A stretch of DNA of 64,000 nt from Pseudogymnoascus verrucosus. Taxonomy: Eukaryota. Below the pieces are notes generated by a model. The model saw nothing but the letters and a program-made list of their open reading frames with translations. It was not told where the DNA came from and searched no databases. The DNA lies in the NCBI GenBank assembly GCA_001662655.1, contig KV460222.1, one strand, 5' to 3'. The first letter of the stretch is position 1. Each line of letters begins with the position of its first letter. This document shows, piece after piece, positions 36,171-47,819 of this stretch. Both the position numbers and the translations under genes were made by a program.

Positions 36171-39100
36171 ATGAGTACCAAGAAATACGCCCTCCTACCC
36201 ATGGAGGAGGAGGAATTGGGTCCTGCCAAGGTTGTCGAGAAGAAGAAGGAGAAGCGCTCGCGACGCGATGGCGAGAAATCATCTTCTTCACGCCACGATA
36301 GGGACCGTCGCGACAGGAGTCGAGAGCGCGAACGCTCGCCACGACGTGACAAGTCGCCCCGCCGACGATCACCGCGTCCGACCGAACACAAGTCTAGAAC
36401 TATCCGACGACCTGCTGGGGATGAAAATTATGAGGATCGTTGGGGTGACGAGGAATACGACTCTGCGGAGGAACAACAAGAATTCCAGGAGTCGGCGCCG
36501 AAGCGGTTGAAGACGGATCATGTTGATGAGGCGGATCTATCTGAAGGCGCCAAGGAGGAGCGTGAGAGACAAAAGGATATCGAGGAGAGGGAGGCGTTTG
36601 CGAAACGTTTGAGGGAGAAGGATGATGATAAAACGAGGAAACTTGTTGAGGACAGGTCTTCCACTAAGGATGGGAAGATATTGGCGCAGCGGCGGCTGTT
36701 GGCTGAGGATGCGGCGGCGAGAAGTGCGGCCTTGCCAGATCTGAGGGAGAGGTCACGACAGGAATATTTGAAGAAGAGAGAAGCTGAACGATTGGCGTTA
36801 CTGAGGAAACAGGTTTCCGAGGAGACGGAGGAACTGAGGAGCGGCGTCAGGTTGTCTGAGAAGGAAAAGGCAGAATTCGCAAAGAATAGGGAAGTGCTAC
36901 GGATCGCCGAAGAGCGGTTGCGTATCGACGACCATTTGGATGGCTATGCCATGCCAGAAGACTATATCACGGAGAAGGGGAAAATCGACAGGAAAAAGAA
37001 AGAGGAGGCTATGTACAAGCGTTACGTTGATCGTGACGAATACGGCCAAGAAAAGTTTGTTACGGAGCACGAGGAGTGGGAAAAGGAGCAAGCGACCAAA
37101 GCCAAAGCTCAAGTCCAAAGCAGAGAGTGGACAGACCAAGGCGAATATGACTATGTCCTGGATGAAGAGCAAGGCATTAAATGGGTTATGGATCAAAGAA
37201 TGCCAGGCGAGGGCAAAGGCATGTCGAAGGAAGAGAGATTCTTGGCCGAACAGCTCAAGGCTGCAGAGAAGAGAGCCCTCAGTATGGAAGAGACTCGAAA
37301 AAGTCTTCCCATCTACGTATACAGGGACGAGTTTCTCGCAGCCTTGGAAGAGCATCAGATCCTTGTCATTGTCGGTGAAACTGGTAGCGGAAAGACTACG
37401 CAGTTGCCCCAGTACTTGCATGAAGCAGGATATACGAAAGATGGTCTGAAGGTCGGATGCACGCAGCCTCGTCGTGTTGCAGCTATGAGTGTTGCCGCTC
37501 GTGTAGCTGATGAGATGGGTGTCAAGGTTGGCAACGAAGTCGGTTATTCGATCCGATTCGAGGACTCGACGAGCGACAAGACTGTGCTGAAGTACATGAC
37601 TGATGGTATGTTACTGCGAGAGTTCATGACGGAGCCAGATCTTGGTGGCTATGCTGCCATCATGATCGACGAGGCCCACGAACGGACTGTTCACACGGAC
37701 ATTTTGTTGGCGTTGGTTAAGGATTTGGCGAGAGAGAGGCCTGACTTGAAGCTCCTCATTTCTTCTGCAACTATGAACGCAAAGAAATTTGCGGACTACT
37801 TTGACGACGCACCCATTTTCAACATCCCTGGTCGACGATACCCTGTCGATATCCATTACACACCGCAGCCGGAAGCAAATTATTTGGCAGCAGCAATTAC
37901 CACCGTCTTTCAGATCCACACCACTCAAGGGAAGGGGGATATTCTAGTCTTCTTAACTGGTCAGGATGAGATTGAAGCTGCGGAACTGAATATTACGGAG
38001 ATCTCTCGAAAGCTCGGCAGCAGAGTGCCGGAGCTTGTCATATGTCCCATTTACGCCAACTTACCCTCCGAGTTACAGAGCAAGATTTTCGAGCCAACCC
38101 CCGACGGTGCCCGAAAGGTTGTGTTGGCCACCAACATTGCTGAGACGAGTTTAACCATCGACGGTATCGTATACGTTATCGACCCTGGCTTCGTCAAGGA
38201 AAATATCTACAATCCCGTCACTGGCATGTCAAAACTTGTAGCAGTGCCCTGCTCCCGCGCCTCCGCCAACCAGCGAAGCGGGAGAGCCGGTCGTGTCGGC
38301 CCCGGAAAGTGCTTCAGACTCTACACGAAATGGGCGTTCATGAACGAGATGGATGAATCCACCACTCCCGAGATCCAGCGCACAAACCTCAACGACATCG
38401 TCCTCCTCCTAAAGTCTCTAGGCATCCACGCACTCCTCGACTTCGAATTCATGGACCCCCCTCCCACCGAAACCCTAATCGGCGCACTGAACCAGCTCTT
38501 CGCCCTACAAGCCCTCAACCACAAAGGCGAGCTCACCAAGATCGGTCGGCAGATGGCCGAGTTCCCCACCGACCCCATGCTCGCGAAATCCATCCTCGCC
38601 GCCGACAAACTCGGCTGTGTCGAAGAGATCCTCAGCATAGTCGCCATGCTTTCTGAAGCCTCGGCCCTATTCTTCCGCCCCAAAGATAAGAAAATCCACG
38701 CTGACAGCGCGCGCGCACGCTTCACCGTCAAGGAAGGAGGCGATCACCTCACGCTCCTGAATATCTGGAACCAGTGGGTTGACAGCGATTTCAGCCCTAT
38801 CTGGAGTAAAGAGAACTTCCTACAGCAGCGCTCGCTGACGCGTGCTCGCGATGTCCGCGATCAGCTTGCCAAGCTGTGCGAGCGTGTTGAAGTCACCATC
38901 AGCAGTGTGGGCGCGGCGGATCTGGTGCCGATCTCGAAGGCTATCACGGCGGGGTTCTTCCCTAATGCGGCGAGACTGCAGCGTGGAGGCGATAGCTACA
39001 GGACGGTGAAGAATAATAATACGGTGTATGTCCATCCTAGCAGCGTGCTGATGGACTCGAATCCGCCGATTAAGATGCTGGTTTATTATGAGTTGGTGCA

Positions 39101-39230
39101 GACTACGAAGGAGTATATGAGGAGTTGTCTGCCTATTAAGGCGGAGTGGCTCACGGAAGTAGCGCCGCACTTTCATAAGAAGAAGGATATTGAGGAGTTG
39201 GAGGAGAAGAAGATGCCCAAGGGGCGGTAG
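36171..39230 (+). CDS. PRP2: DEAH-box pre-mRNA splicing helicase (Prp2/Cdc28/DHX16)
   Basis: GETGSGKTTQLPQYL, TQPRRVAA, DEAH, SAT, TNIAETS, QRSGRAGR. N-terminal RERSRQEYLKKRE is typical of DHX16. Confidence 0.95.
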   Translation: MSTKKYALLPMEEEELGPAKVVEKKKEKRSRRDGEKSSSSRHDRDRRDRSRERERSPRRDKSPRRRSPRPTEHKSRTIRRPAGDENYEDRWGDEEYDSAEEQQEFQESAPKRLKTDHVDEADLSEGAKEERERQKDIEEREAFAKRLREKDDDKTRKLVEDRSSTKDGKILAQRRLLAEDAAARSAALPDLRERSRQEYLKKREAERLALLRKQVSEETEELRSGVRLSEKEKAEFAKNREVLRIAEERLRIDDHLDGYAMPEDYITEKGKIDRKKKEEAMYKRYVDRDEYGQEKFVTEHEEWEKEQATKAKAQVQSREWTDQGEYDYVLDEEQGIKWVMDQRMPGEGKGMSKEERFLAEQLKAAEKRALSMEETRKSLPIYVYRDEFLAALEEHQILVIVGETGSGKTTQLPQYLHEAGYTKDGLKVGCTQPRRVAAMSVAARVADEMGVKVGNEVGYSIRFEDSTSDKTVLKYMTDGMLLREFMTEPDLGGYAAIMIDEAHERTVHTDILLALVKDLARERPDLKLLISSATMNAKKFADYFDDAPIFNIPGRRYPVDIHYTPQPEANYLAAAITTVFQIHTTQGKGDILVFLTGQDEIEAAELNITEISRKLGSRVPELVICPIYANLPSELQSKIFEPTPDGARKVVLATNIAETSLTIDGIVYVIDPGFVKENIYNPVTGMSKLVAVPCSRASANQRSGRAGRVGPGKCFRLYTKWAFMNEMDESTTPEIQRTNLNDIVLLLKSLGIHALLDFEFMDPPPTETLIGALNQLFALQALNHKGELTKIGRQMAEFPTDPMLAKSILAADKLGCVEEILSIVAMLSEASALFFRPKDKKIHADSARARFTVKEGGDHLTLLNIWNQWVDSDFSPIWSKENFLQQRSLTRARDVRDQLAKLCERVEVTISSVGAADLVPISKAITAGFFPNAARLQRGGDSYRTVKNNNTVYVHPSSVLMDSNPPIKMLVYYELVQTTKEYMRSCLPIKAEWLTEVAPHFHKKKDIEELEEKKMPKGR

Positions 39231-40133
39231 AATAGATGGGGGGCTAGGGGTGGTATCTGTATGCATATATCTATCTATGTAGATACATAAAATGGAATAT
39301 CTGCATATTTCCAGCTTGAGTCTGGGCTATATATAACACCATGCCTTTCCTTACTGGTTGGCCGTTCTTAACAAAAACACGTTCGGGACGGAGCTCCAAT
39401 AGAGTTGGTTCCGTTTCTATCGTGGATTCAACTTTTGCATGGCGGAGCTCGAAGGTGGCTGCCATGTCCACACCCAATTTTACTGTGATTCTTGTCACCG
39501 TTCGTAAAATGCTGTTACCATCGTTTCTCCCATTACCGGTATATCCTCGTTACCAGCAACACCCGTCATCCGTTGATATTTGTTTTGGGTGTTATGGGGT
39601 AGAACAAGATAGGGTGCCACAGCTCTTTCTACCAAAGCCTCCTCGTTCCCAGGGACCAAATCTCTTGTTTGTGCGATAGACTTCGTGTCAACGAGTGCTG
39701 GCCCAGTGCAATCCGCGGTGGGCAGAACAGTACTATTTATGTAATGCCTTTGGAATTACAGTCTAGTTTATAATTTGTTTGCGAGTTAGGGCGAGCTTTT
39801 ATCGTCAACATCAGGGCTTGCTCTGCCTGGCGGGCTAACAAGTGGATAGCAAGTGATCTCTCCCTTGAGTGGCAGTGCGTTTAGCGTCTTCAGGCATTTG
39901 TTTTTAGAAGCTGTCTTGCCACAAATGACAACATGAATGTTGGACGAAGGCATATATATATTGTATGGTATGAAGTATCCACATCAACCCTCCAGTATCT
40001 AGACTACAGATTCACACCATCCGCATCGCCAACGCCAGACCACGATATACATTTTACCCAACCCATTCATATGCAAAGACCGAACTCCGCGCTATCAAAC
40101 CATCCATGCAATATCATCACCCGGGCCCCTGCC

Positions 40134-41741
40134 TCAAGCCGCCACAGCCCGTCCGGCCATCAGCATCCCCAACATACCCTCTGTCTGACATGCCTGCTGT
40201 GCTCTCTCCACCTCCGCCCTAACGCGGCGATGTAGCCACTTAACCCCCTTCTCCAGCTCCTCGCTCGCACCCACATGCTCGCTGTAAAGATCCAGAAGAA
40301 GCAGGGCGGCATCCACACACGTGCTGACATACCGCGGATCGATAATGTACTTCGCGACCCACCGCAGAATCGGCATCACGGTCGTCTCATCACGGCCACT
40401 GAACGCCTCACGCATCGCCGACCGGTGCTTCAGCGCCGTAAGCACAGACAGCACAACCACAGGCGGCAAGTTGCTCCCTAGCACCATATCCAGCGCCGCG
40501 CCGTAGCGGCCATTGCGCAGGCTCTTCTCCCACTGGCTTTCGCCCTTCTTACGCTTCTCGTTTCCCTCGATAACGACGTCCGCGCCCTCGCCTAGAAACT
40601 TCATGCCGCGAAGTTTGTTCTCTACGCCACGAGACCGCTTCTTGTTCTTCTTATCGTACTCCTCCACATTGCCCGCAATGAGCGCAGCCATCTCCTTCTC
40701 ACGCTCGCGCTCCTTGACCTTTTGGGCGCCGGAGAGGCGGGTGCGGATGGATAGGACGCCGGATTGGAGACCAACGGCAAGATGCTTGTCTTGGTGGTCT
40801 GGAGATGGGACGACGGCCACAGATAGGATGGGAGAGCTGTATTTTGACCCCGCAACCGAGTTCCAAGATGTTGTCTCGAAGACCTTGAGATGTCCATCAA
40901 GGGCACCGGAAACAAGGCGTGTGCCATTTGACGCCAGGCATAGTGCTGTGACAGTCTTTTGGTGGTTCTTGATGATGTGCAGCGGTTTCCCGGCCACGAG
41001 ATCGAGGACTGATATTTGTGCTTCGGAGGATGCGATGAGAGTCGTTCCAGAGGGCATTGGGAGGACGGCCTCCACAGGCGCAGCGTGCTTGAATGTCATT
41101 GCCGCGCGAGTAGGAGTGCGTGGATCCCAAATACGGACAGTCGAATCGTAGGAACCAGAGGCAAGCATGTTGCTCAGCATGCCCGGCATGAAAGCTGCCG
41201 ACCTGACATAATCGCCATGGCCTATAAACTTTGTCGTGCTCTGTCCGCTGGGCAGATCCCAGAGTCGTAGTGTACGGTCGTCGGAGGCAGACATGAGAGT
41301 AGTCAGCTCTGTGGGCGAGAACTTCGTCGTCCACACGGGCTGTTTGTGCTCCTCCCAGGTCTTGAGAATAGCGCGCGAGTTGACATCGAAGACCTGGATC
41401 TTGCCGCTGTCGTCGCCGGCAACCATAACGCGGCCATCACGGCGGATCTCACCACTGTGAGCGATGTCCGAAAAGCGAGTTATGGTCTTGATGAGTTTTC
41501 GGGTTCGTATCGAGTAAATCTGGACGCGCGTGCCGGTCGTGACGGAGAAGTAGTCATTGTTTGAGGGCAGCAGCGGGTTGCTGGGAGGAGGGGGGAAAGA
41601 AATGTGAGTGACAGGATATGAAGTCGGGGACGGGATGATTTGCTGCGACCTAAATGACTTCCAATATTGTTGTTCTGGTGTAATTGGCGAGGGACCGCTG
41701 GGCAGTTTCACCTGCTGGAGCTTCGTTATCGGGGCTGCCAT
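40134..41741 (-). CDS. UTP15: U3 snoRNA-associated WD40 protein Utp15
   Basis: TPEQQYWKSF, WD repeats (HGDYVRS, SGSYDSTVRIWD, NHQKTVT) and a UTP15 C-terminal domain. ATG at 41741. Confidence 0.92.
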   Translation of the reverse strand: MAAPITKLQQVKLPSGPSPITPEQQYWKSFRSQQIIPSPTSYPVTHISFPPPPSNPLLPSNNDYFSVTTGTRVQIYSIRTRKLIKTITRFSDIAHSGEIRRDGRVMVAGDDSGKIQVFDVNSRAILKTWEEHKQPVWTTKFSPTELTTLMSASDDRTLRLWDLPSGQSTTKFIGHGDYVRSAAFMPGMLSNMLASGSYDSTVRIWDPRTPTRAAMTFKHAAPVEAVLPMPSGTTLIASSEAQISVLDLVAGKPLHIIKNHQKTVTALCLASNGTRLVSGALDGHLKVFETTSWNSVAGSKYSSPILSVAVVPSPDHQDKHLAVGLQSGVLSIRTRLSGAQKVKEREREKEMAALIAGNVEEYDKKNKKRSRGVENKLRGMKFLGEGADVVIEGNEKRKKGESQWEKSLRNGRYGAALDMVLGSNLPPVVVLSVLTALKHRSAMREAFSGRDETTVMPILRWVAKYIIDPRYVSTCVDAALLLLDLYSEHVGASEELEKGVKWLHRRVRAEVERAQQACQTEGMLGMLMAGRAVAA

Positions 41742-42283
41742 TTTGCAAGTTGGTTGAGAGTCGCCCCAGCTTGAATATGTTGTCGGCGCAAAGGTACGAG
41801 CATCAAGCAAGCATCTTACAAAAAATATTTGGATTATCAGTTGCCCGTTTTCTGCGGGGACGGATCTAGTCTTGATGCGGTTAGCGTGTATGTTGATATA
41901 TTTGACGTCACGTGAGATTTCACTTCTGTTCTCCAAGATGAACACGCATGCTATCTAGAAATACAATATCGTTTACAATTGTATCACTTTAATGCCAAGG
42001 TCATATTTAAGAGTGATTTAAAATTTGTGATTCATTGGTGTTGATTATATTACACAGTCTGCGTCCTGCAGAAGCCAGCCTGTTGACGCCACCCGGATAA
42101 TCCCAACTTCCTTTGATTCCCATGAGAAGGAAACCCCTAAAAGAGAATAACCGAAAGCAAAATAAAAGGCCATAGTATAAAATAAGGCAAGACTTTGGTG
42201 GTTGAAGGCTGGGAAAATGTCCAATCGAAGTGATAGATCCCAGACCATGTCTGGCAGATGGGATGGGAACGGCATCAACTAAC

Positions 42284-45085
42284 TTATCTCGAGTACGGGT
42301 GGTAACCGCCTCTGCCGCCGCCACGTCCGCCACCGCGATAGTTTGCTCCTGGCTTTCCGGCGTTCTTTGGACCGGTCGGGGCTCCCGCTGGAGGAGCAGG
42401 TTGTGGTCCACTCGGCGTTCCACTCCCCCCCCTTCCTTGGGCCTTGTTGTACCCACCGGCACCGCCAGCAGGATTGGGTTGAGGAACATCATCGTACATG
42501 CCCTCCCAGCTGGTGGGCTGGTTCTGTCCACCGTAGTTGTTTCCGGCATTGTAGTGTTGGCCCCCCGGGGTTTGCGAAGTTTGTCTTCCGCCGCGGTGAC
42601 CCTGCTGCTCATACTTCTGTTGCTCAAGAGCTTGTTGTTCGTAAGCGTTGTACCCAGTGTTGTTTCCTGCACCGGCAGCGCCGGCATTCCCGCCACCCAT
42701 GCCGCCTCCCATCCCTTGCATTTGTTGAGCCTGCATGGCCTGCTGCATCTGCTGCATCATCATCGGGTTCATCATCGCAGGGTTCATTCCCATAGCTGGG
42801 TTTTGTCCAGCCTGTGGGCTTTGGCTGCGACCACCAGCGTTTTGTTGCTGAGCCGCCTGCATCTGCTGCATCATCATCGGATTCATCATAGCCGGGTTCA
42901 TAGCGGCACCTCGTCCGGCACCCATGGCCATTTGCTGCTGCATCATCGCCATGTATTGTTGCATGCGCTGCCAGTATTGAGCCATGACTTGCGGCGTCAT
43001 GCCACCTGGTGCCATCTGGTTGCTCTGGGCTTGAGGTTGGCCGCCATAGTTGTCATGTTGCTCCTCCGGCTTTCGGAATCGGTTGCGGCCGCCACCGCCA
43101 CGGTTATCCTCCTCCTCTCGAACGTTTCCACGTGGCTGCGCTTTCTTAACTTCAATTGGCTTACCCAAGATCTCAAGGGGAATGTTGATGCAAGCATCAA
43201 CGGCAGCCTCCGAGTCAAAGGTCACGAAACCGAACCCGCGAGGACGACCGGTGTCTTTGTCCATCATGAGTGTAGCATCAACAACACGGCCAAATTGCAT
43301 GAAGTACTCTTTGAAGTCTTGCTCGCTTGCTTCTTGTGACACCCCACCGACAAAGATCTTGGAGGTACGCTCTTGTTCGTCGCGTGGAATGGCGCGTTTT
43401 GGGTCAATCTGTTGACGTATTAGGTGAGGCTCTCGAGAATTTGGTGAAACCATAGTGTTTCCAAGGTGAGTATTCTTACAATCTTTCCATCCAGGTAATG
43501 TTCCTTGACCATCACGACATTGACAGTTCGAGCGTCTTTGAACGTGAGGAATCCGAATCCTCTGGAGCGGCCAGACGCACCGTCTCTCATAACGGTGCAT
43601 TCCATGACCTCACCAAACTGTGAAAAGTAATCCTTCAGTGATTCTACATGATAATCAGTACTGTTGACAACGACTTGGGCAGTTACACTCACGGTCCGTT
43701 GTTTCCCAGTTCAATCCACCAATGAACATTTTCCTGTAAAAACAGTACACGTTAGCCCAATAATTGCAACAGCAAACACACTCCGTCAAAAAATAACAAG
43801 CCATAGCGACATCAGAGTTCAGATCTTTTTGCGTTCAGTCTCGTGCCGGAACTATTCCTTGCCTGGCTACAATACTTTGGACAGTGGGCACCTCATAAGC
43901 GTATGGTGTGTCGTTCCTTCCCAAATATAGAGACGTGTCCGTCCAGCTTTCATAGTATGGCATTCCACCACCGCAGAATAGATGTAGTCTTCTCAGAATG
44001 TTGCGTAGAGCGGGCTCAAATGTCTGCATTGGAGAAGCCCAAAGCAAGGAATATCAGGTCTCTCATACACGGACTCCTGAGTCATGCAAGAGTATGACAG
44101 TGTGACAGATCCGTGAGATAATATCGTATCTTGTTTTTGCTATCGTGATGCTAGGTACTGGCGTAGAGCGCTATACGCCTTTCGTTCTTGCTAAGCCTAT
44201 GGGCATATCTAGCTTCTGTCTGATGCTCTATGGAGATTATCTCGACAATAGGCTATGGAATAGTAGTATGCCAGACTATAACGCTCGGATGTCGACTCCA
44301 TGGTGAAACCATCAATTTGCCATCCCACGTAGACTTCTCAGCAGCAAGTCGGTGGTAATGTCATCCATCCCAGGCACACCGGGAGATTTGAGATACGCTT
44401 CTGAAGTTCCACAATCCGAGCCATCGATCTCCTCCTGGAATTGCTATATTTCCAGCCACGACAGCAAAATCTTTCTCTCTATGCTTTGCTCGGTCTCTCA
44501 TGCTTCGCCTCCTGCATCTCCCAAACACGCCTCAAATCATTGCCTCATGATAAAAGAAGTCCACCATGGAAACATGGCTGGCTCCTCTGTCCAGAGGGCA
44601 GTCATGCTACAACTCTCATACTCTGTCGCAATGGCTAGGTCATAATGTGTAAAGAAATAACTATATCTTACCCGTCCTCTTTTATTCCTGGCCCGTGGGC
44701 ATCACGCTCTTGCTGAGCTGGTGCGCTATAATCATTCCCGCCTCCCAGATTGAAGTCTATCTCATCATCATCTTGCTCAGGCTGCTCACTGGACTCCTGG
44801 CCTTCGGTCACATCTGGCTCTGGCACTGCCGCAGATTCTTCGGTCTTCACCGCGCTGGAACCATTGACTACAGCCGGTGCTGGTCTAACTTCTGGGGCAG
44901 CTGGTGCTGGTTTCGTTGTATCGTCCTCGTACCTGGCGGGGTTTTTGTCAGCCACGTCGGTGATGGGCGTCAAAGCGCGAATAATGATGACAAGATCGTA
45001 GAAACATAGAACTGAGGTGTATTCTGGGGATAGGTACTCACAGATCTGCGAAGAGATCATCTTCGAAGTCGTCTTGGTCGGCCAT
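42284..45085 (-). CDS. HRP1: Two-RRM hnRNP / cleavage factor IB (Hrp1/Nab4, Musashi-like)
   Basis: MADQDDFEDDLFADLY, IKEDGKMFIGGLNWETT, SRGFGFLTF, KIFVGGV, Q/M/G-rich tail and terminal RGG...YHPY (PY-NLS). Includes a 938 nt intron at 43734-44671. Confidence 0.92.
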
Positions 45086-45555
45086 ATTTGTCGTGCTAGG
45101 TTAACTTTGCGACCGAGGTTAGTGGAGGGTGTTTTGTGATTTTCGTGGATACAATCTCATCCAAAGCAATTACTGCTGGTCTTGAATGAGATTAGATGAG
45201 TGAATAGTATGAAATAGTATAATGGAGAAGGTGAAGTGATGATGTCCACGTTGACTTTGCAGCTTGACAACAACCCGAAGTCGTCGAGAGGCCAAGGCTG
45301 CTTTTCTCGTGGACGCACTAGTCCTAAACTGTGCTTAGCGCGACTTGTCCCCTTGTGAAGCTCCGATAGACAGCCAGCCTTGGGGATTGATGGATACCGA
45401 AGATGTTCAAAGAGGCTTGAGCAATAAAGAGCCTACCCAAAGGCTCCAAAGAAGATGTTTTCGAATTTGGGTAGTGGCAAGAAGCCTCCACAGCAGGTCA
45501 GTACATTTACAACTCTTGGAATTCACCAGAAGTGCTAATTCATGTTCCTCAGGAA

Positions 45556-47577
45556 ATGGTCCAAGTTGGTATGTGCTTCCCCCGCCCCTCCAAGGTTTAT
45601 TGAGATTCAGCACGAGATACAGAGCTCCAAGGATATTGCTGATTTATTTCTTGTGATATAGAGAGATCCGAGTATGTTATTTCACCTACCTTTCATGGGC
45701 CTTTCGAATGCCAAATATAATCCAATCCCAGCCAGCTAACAGGGTACCAGCTCAACGTCACCTTTTTGGAGGACTCGAAGCAATGAGAAGAAGCGCCCGT
45801 CGTCGGAGAAAAAGGGGGAACGAGACCCGAATATGGTTGTAGGGGCTTCTTATTCTCATGCTGATATGCTCAGCAAAGTCGACTCTATGTATGTACATCA
45901 CCAGAATCCAGTATGCCCCGCTAATACTCTACAAGGTCATTGGGTTCAAGCTCCTCCCGCCCAAGGACACCACCTCACTCTTCGAATAAGTCAGACGGCA
46001 GACACGCATCTCAGTTGTCGAAATCAGCTCTTGGGTCCACATCTTCCCCGCGGCGAAATTACTCGGGCTTCACGTCCAGCACCAATAATGACTGGGGTGC
46101 GAATGAAGAGGATGATGAGGATGAATATGGCTATGATAATAATGATGGGGACGACGACTTTGGGCTTCCAAGCGTGTCAAGTACGAGGCGGAAGCCAAAA
46201 AAACCGCCTGGTGAAGCTTCCGAGCCTGTCGCTGCGCTAAGTCCGTGGAGGACAGACATGGGGCAGTCTTTGGGTGCACGGCGATACTCGAACAGCGCAG
46301 ACATAGCTATCGAGCGCCCAGCACCATCATACCCAACCACCAAGAAGAGTGAGGGCAAAATCCTCAGACCACAATACAAAGAGATCTTAAGGGACCCAGC
46401 AAACTCGTTACATCTCATTCACCACCCGCCAGTGCCAGACGGCGCCACACAGAAAGAAGTGGACGTACACAGTCACCGCATAAATAGGATAAACAAGTTT
46501 AAGAAGATATTACAAGCGACCTCGATACCTCTCCAAGAACTACGCTCGGCGTCATGGAACGGAATACCCCAAGAAGTCCGCGCGATGACGTGGCAATTAC
46601 TGCTCGGGTACCTCCCTACGAGCAGCGAACGGCGAGTAAGCACATTAGAAAGGAAGCGTAAGGAATACCTCGACGGCGTACGCCAGGCCTTCGAAAGGGG
46701 CGGGGGTACACCAGCGGCCCCTGGAAAGGCTCGTGGCTTGGACGAGGCGGTGTGGCATCAAATCAGCATCGATGTGCCACGCACAAACCCGCATTTGGAG
46801 CTATACGGCTACGAAGCTACACAGCGGTCATTAGAACGAATACTGTATCTGTGGGCAGTGCGGCATCCCGCGAGTGGCTACGTGCAGGGGATTAATGACC
46901 TTGTAACGCCGTTTTGGCAGGTCTTTCTAGGAAGTTACGTTATGGACTGGAATATCGACAGTGGCATGGACCCTGGGCAGCTACCCAAAGCCGTTCTAGA
47001 CGCGGTGGAGGCGGACTCGTTCTGGTGTCTCACGAAACTCCTGGATGGAATTCAGGACAATTATATCTTTGCCCAGCCGGGTATTCAGCGGCAAGTAGCA
47101 GGGCTACGTGATCTAACCGCGAGGATAGACAGTAATCTGGCGAAACACCTCGAGAATGAGGGTGTAGAGTTCATACAGTTCAGCTTCAGATGGATGAATT
47201 GTCTGTTAATGAGAGAGATAAGCGTGCAGAATACGATTAGGATGTGGGATACATATATGGTAAGTCTCCTCCCACCCCTTTACCTCTTCCAACCCAGCTA
47301 ACACCCCACACAGGCGGAGGATCAAGGCTTCTCCTCGTTCCACCTCTATGTCTGCGCTGCCTTCCTCGTGAAGTGGTCCGATCGGCTCCTCCACATGGAT
47401 TTCCAGGAGATCATGATGTTCCTGCAAAGCCTCCCCACGAAGGAGTGGACGGAGAAGGACATCGAGTTATTATTAAGCGAGGCTTTCATCTGGCAGAGCT
47501 TGTTCAAAGGGAGTCAGGCGCATTTGTCGGGTGTGCAGAGTCAAGATAGGGGATTGGGCGGCATGGGTGGCATATAG
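45556..47577 (+). CDS. GYP1: TBC-domain Rab GTPase-activating protein Gyp1
   Basis: WNGIP, QISIDVPRT, SGYVQGINDL, EADSFWCL, FSFRWMNCLLMRE, IRMWDTY. The 5' end is built from very short exons. Confidence 0.9.
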
Positions 47578-47819
47578 ACACACTATAATAGGGACACGAG
47601 TTCCGCCGATATTTGGTTAGATAGTTATGGGGCAGTGGGCTGGTCACAATGCACTCAGAAATTTCTTGCCAAAAAAGCCTGGATTTATGAATCCTCGATT
47701 ATTCTAGAGTAACACCAAATCCAACACCAATACTGAGCCCAGTATCCATACGCCGCCCATCCCAACATCATAACCATCCATACTCCAACCCCCTTATATA
47801 TTACCATCCCACCCCCCAA

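Noticed and set aside
39271..39900. Possible small minus-strand gene between PRP2 and UTP15
   Set aside because: Short broken frames with no recognisable motif or clear splice structure.
42230..43339. 369 aa plus-strand ORF (and the similar 56175-57311 ORF)
   Set aside because: Antisense shadows of the codon-biased HRP1 and PRP24 coding regions.
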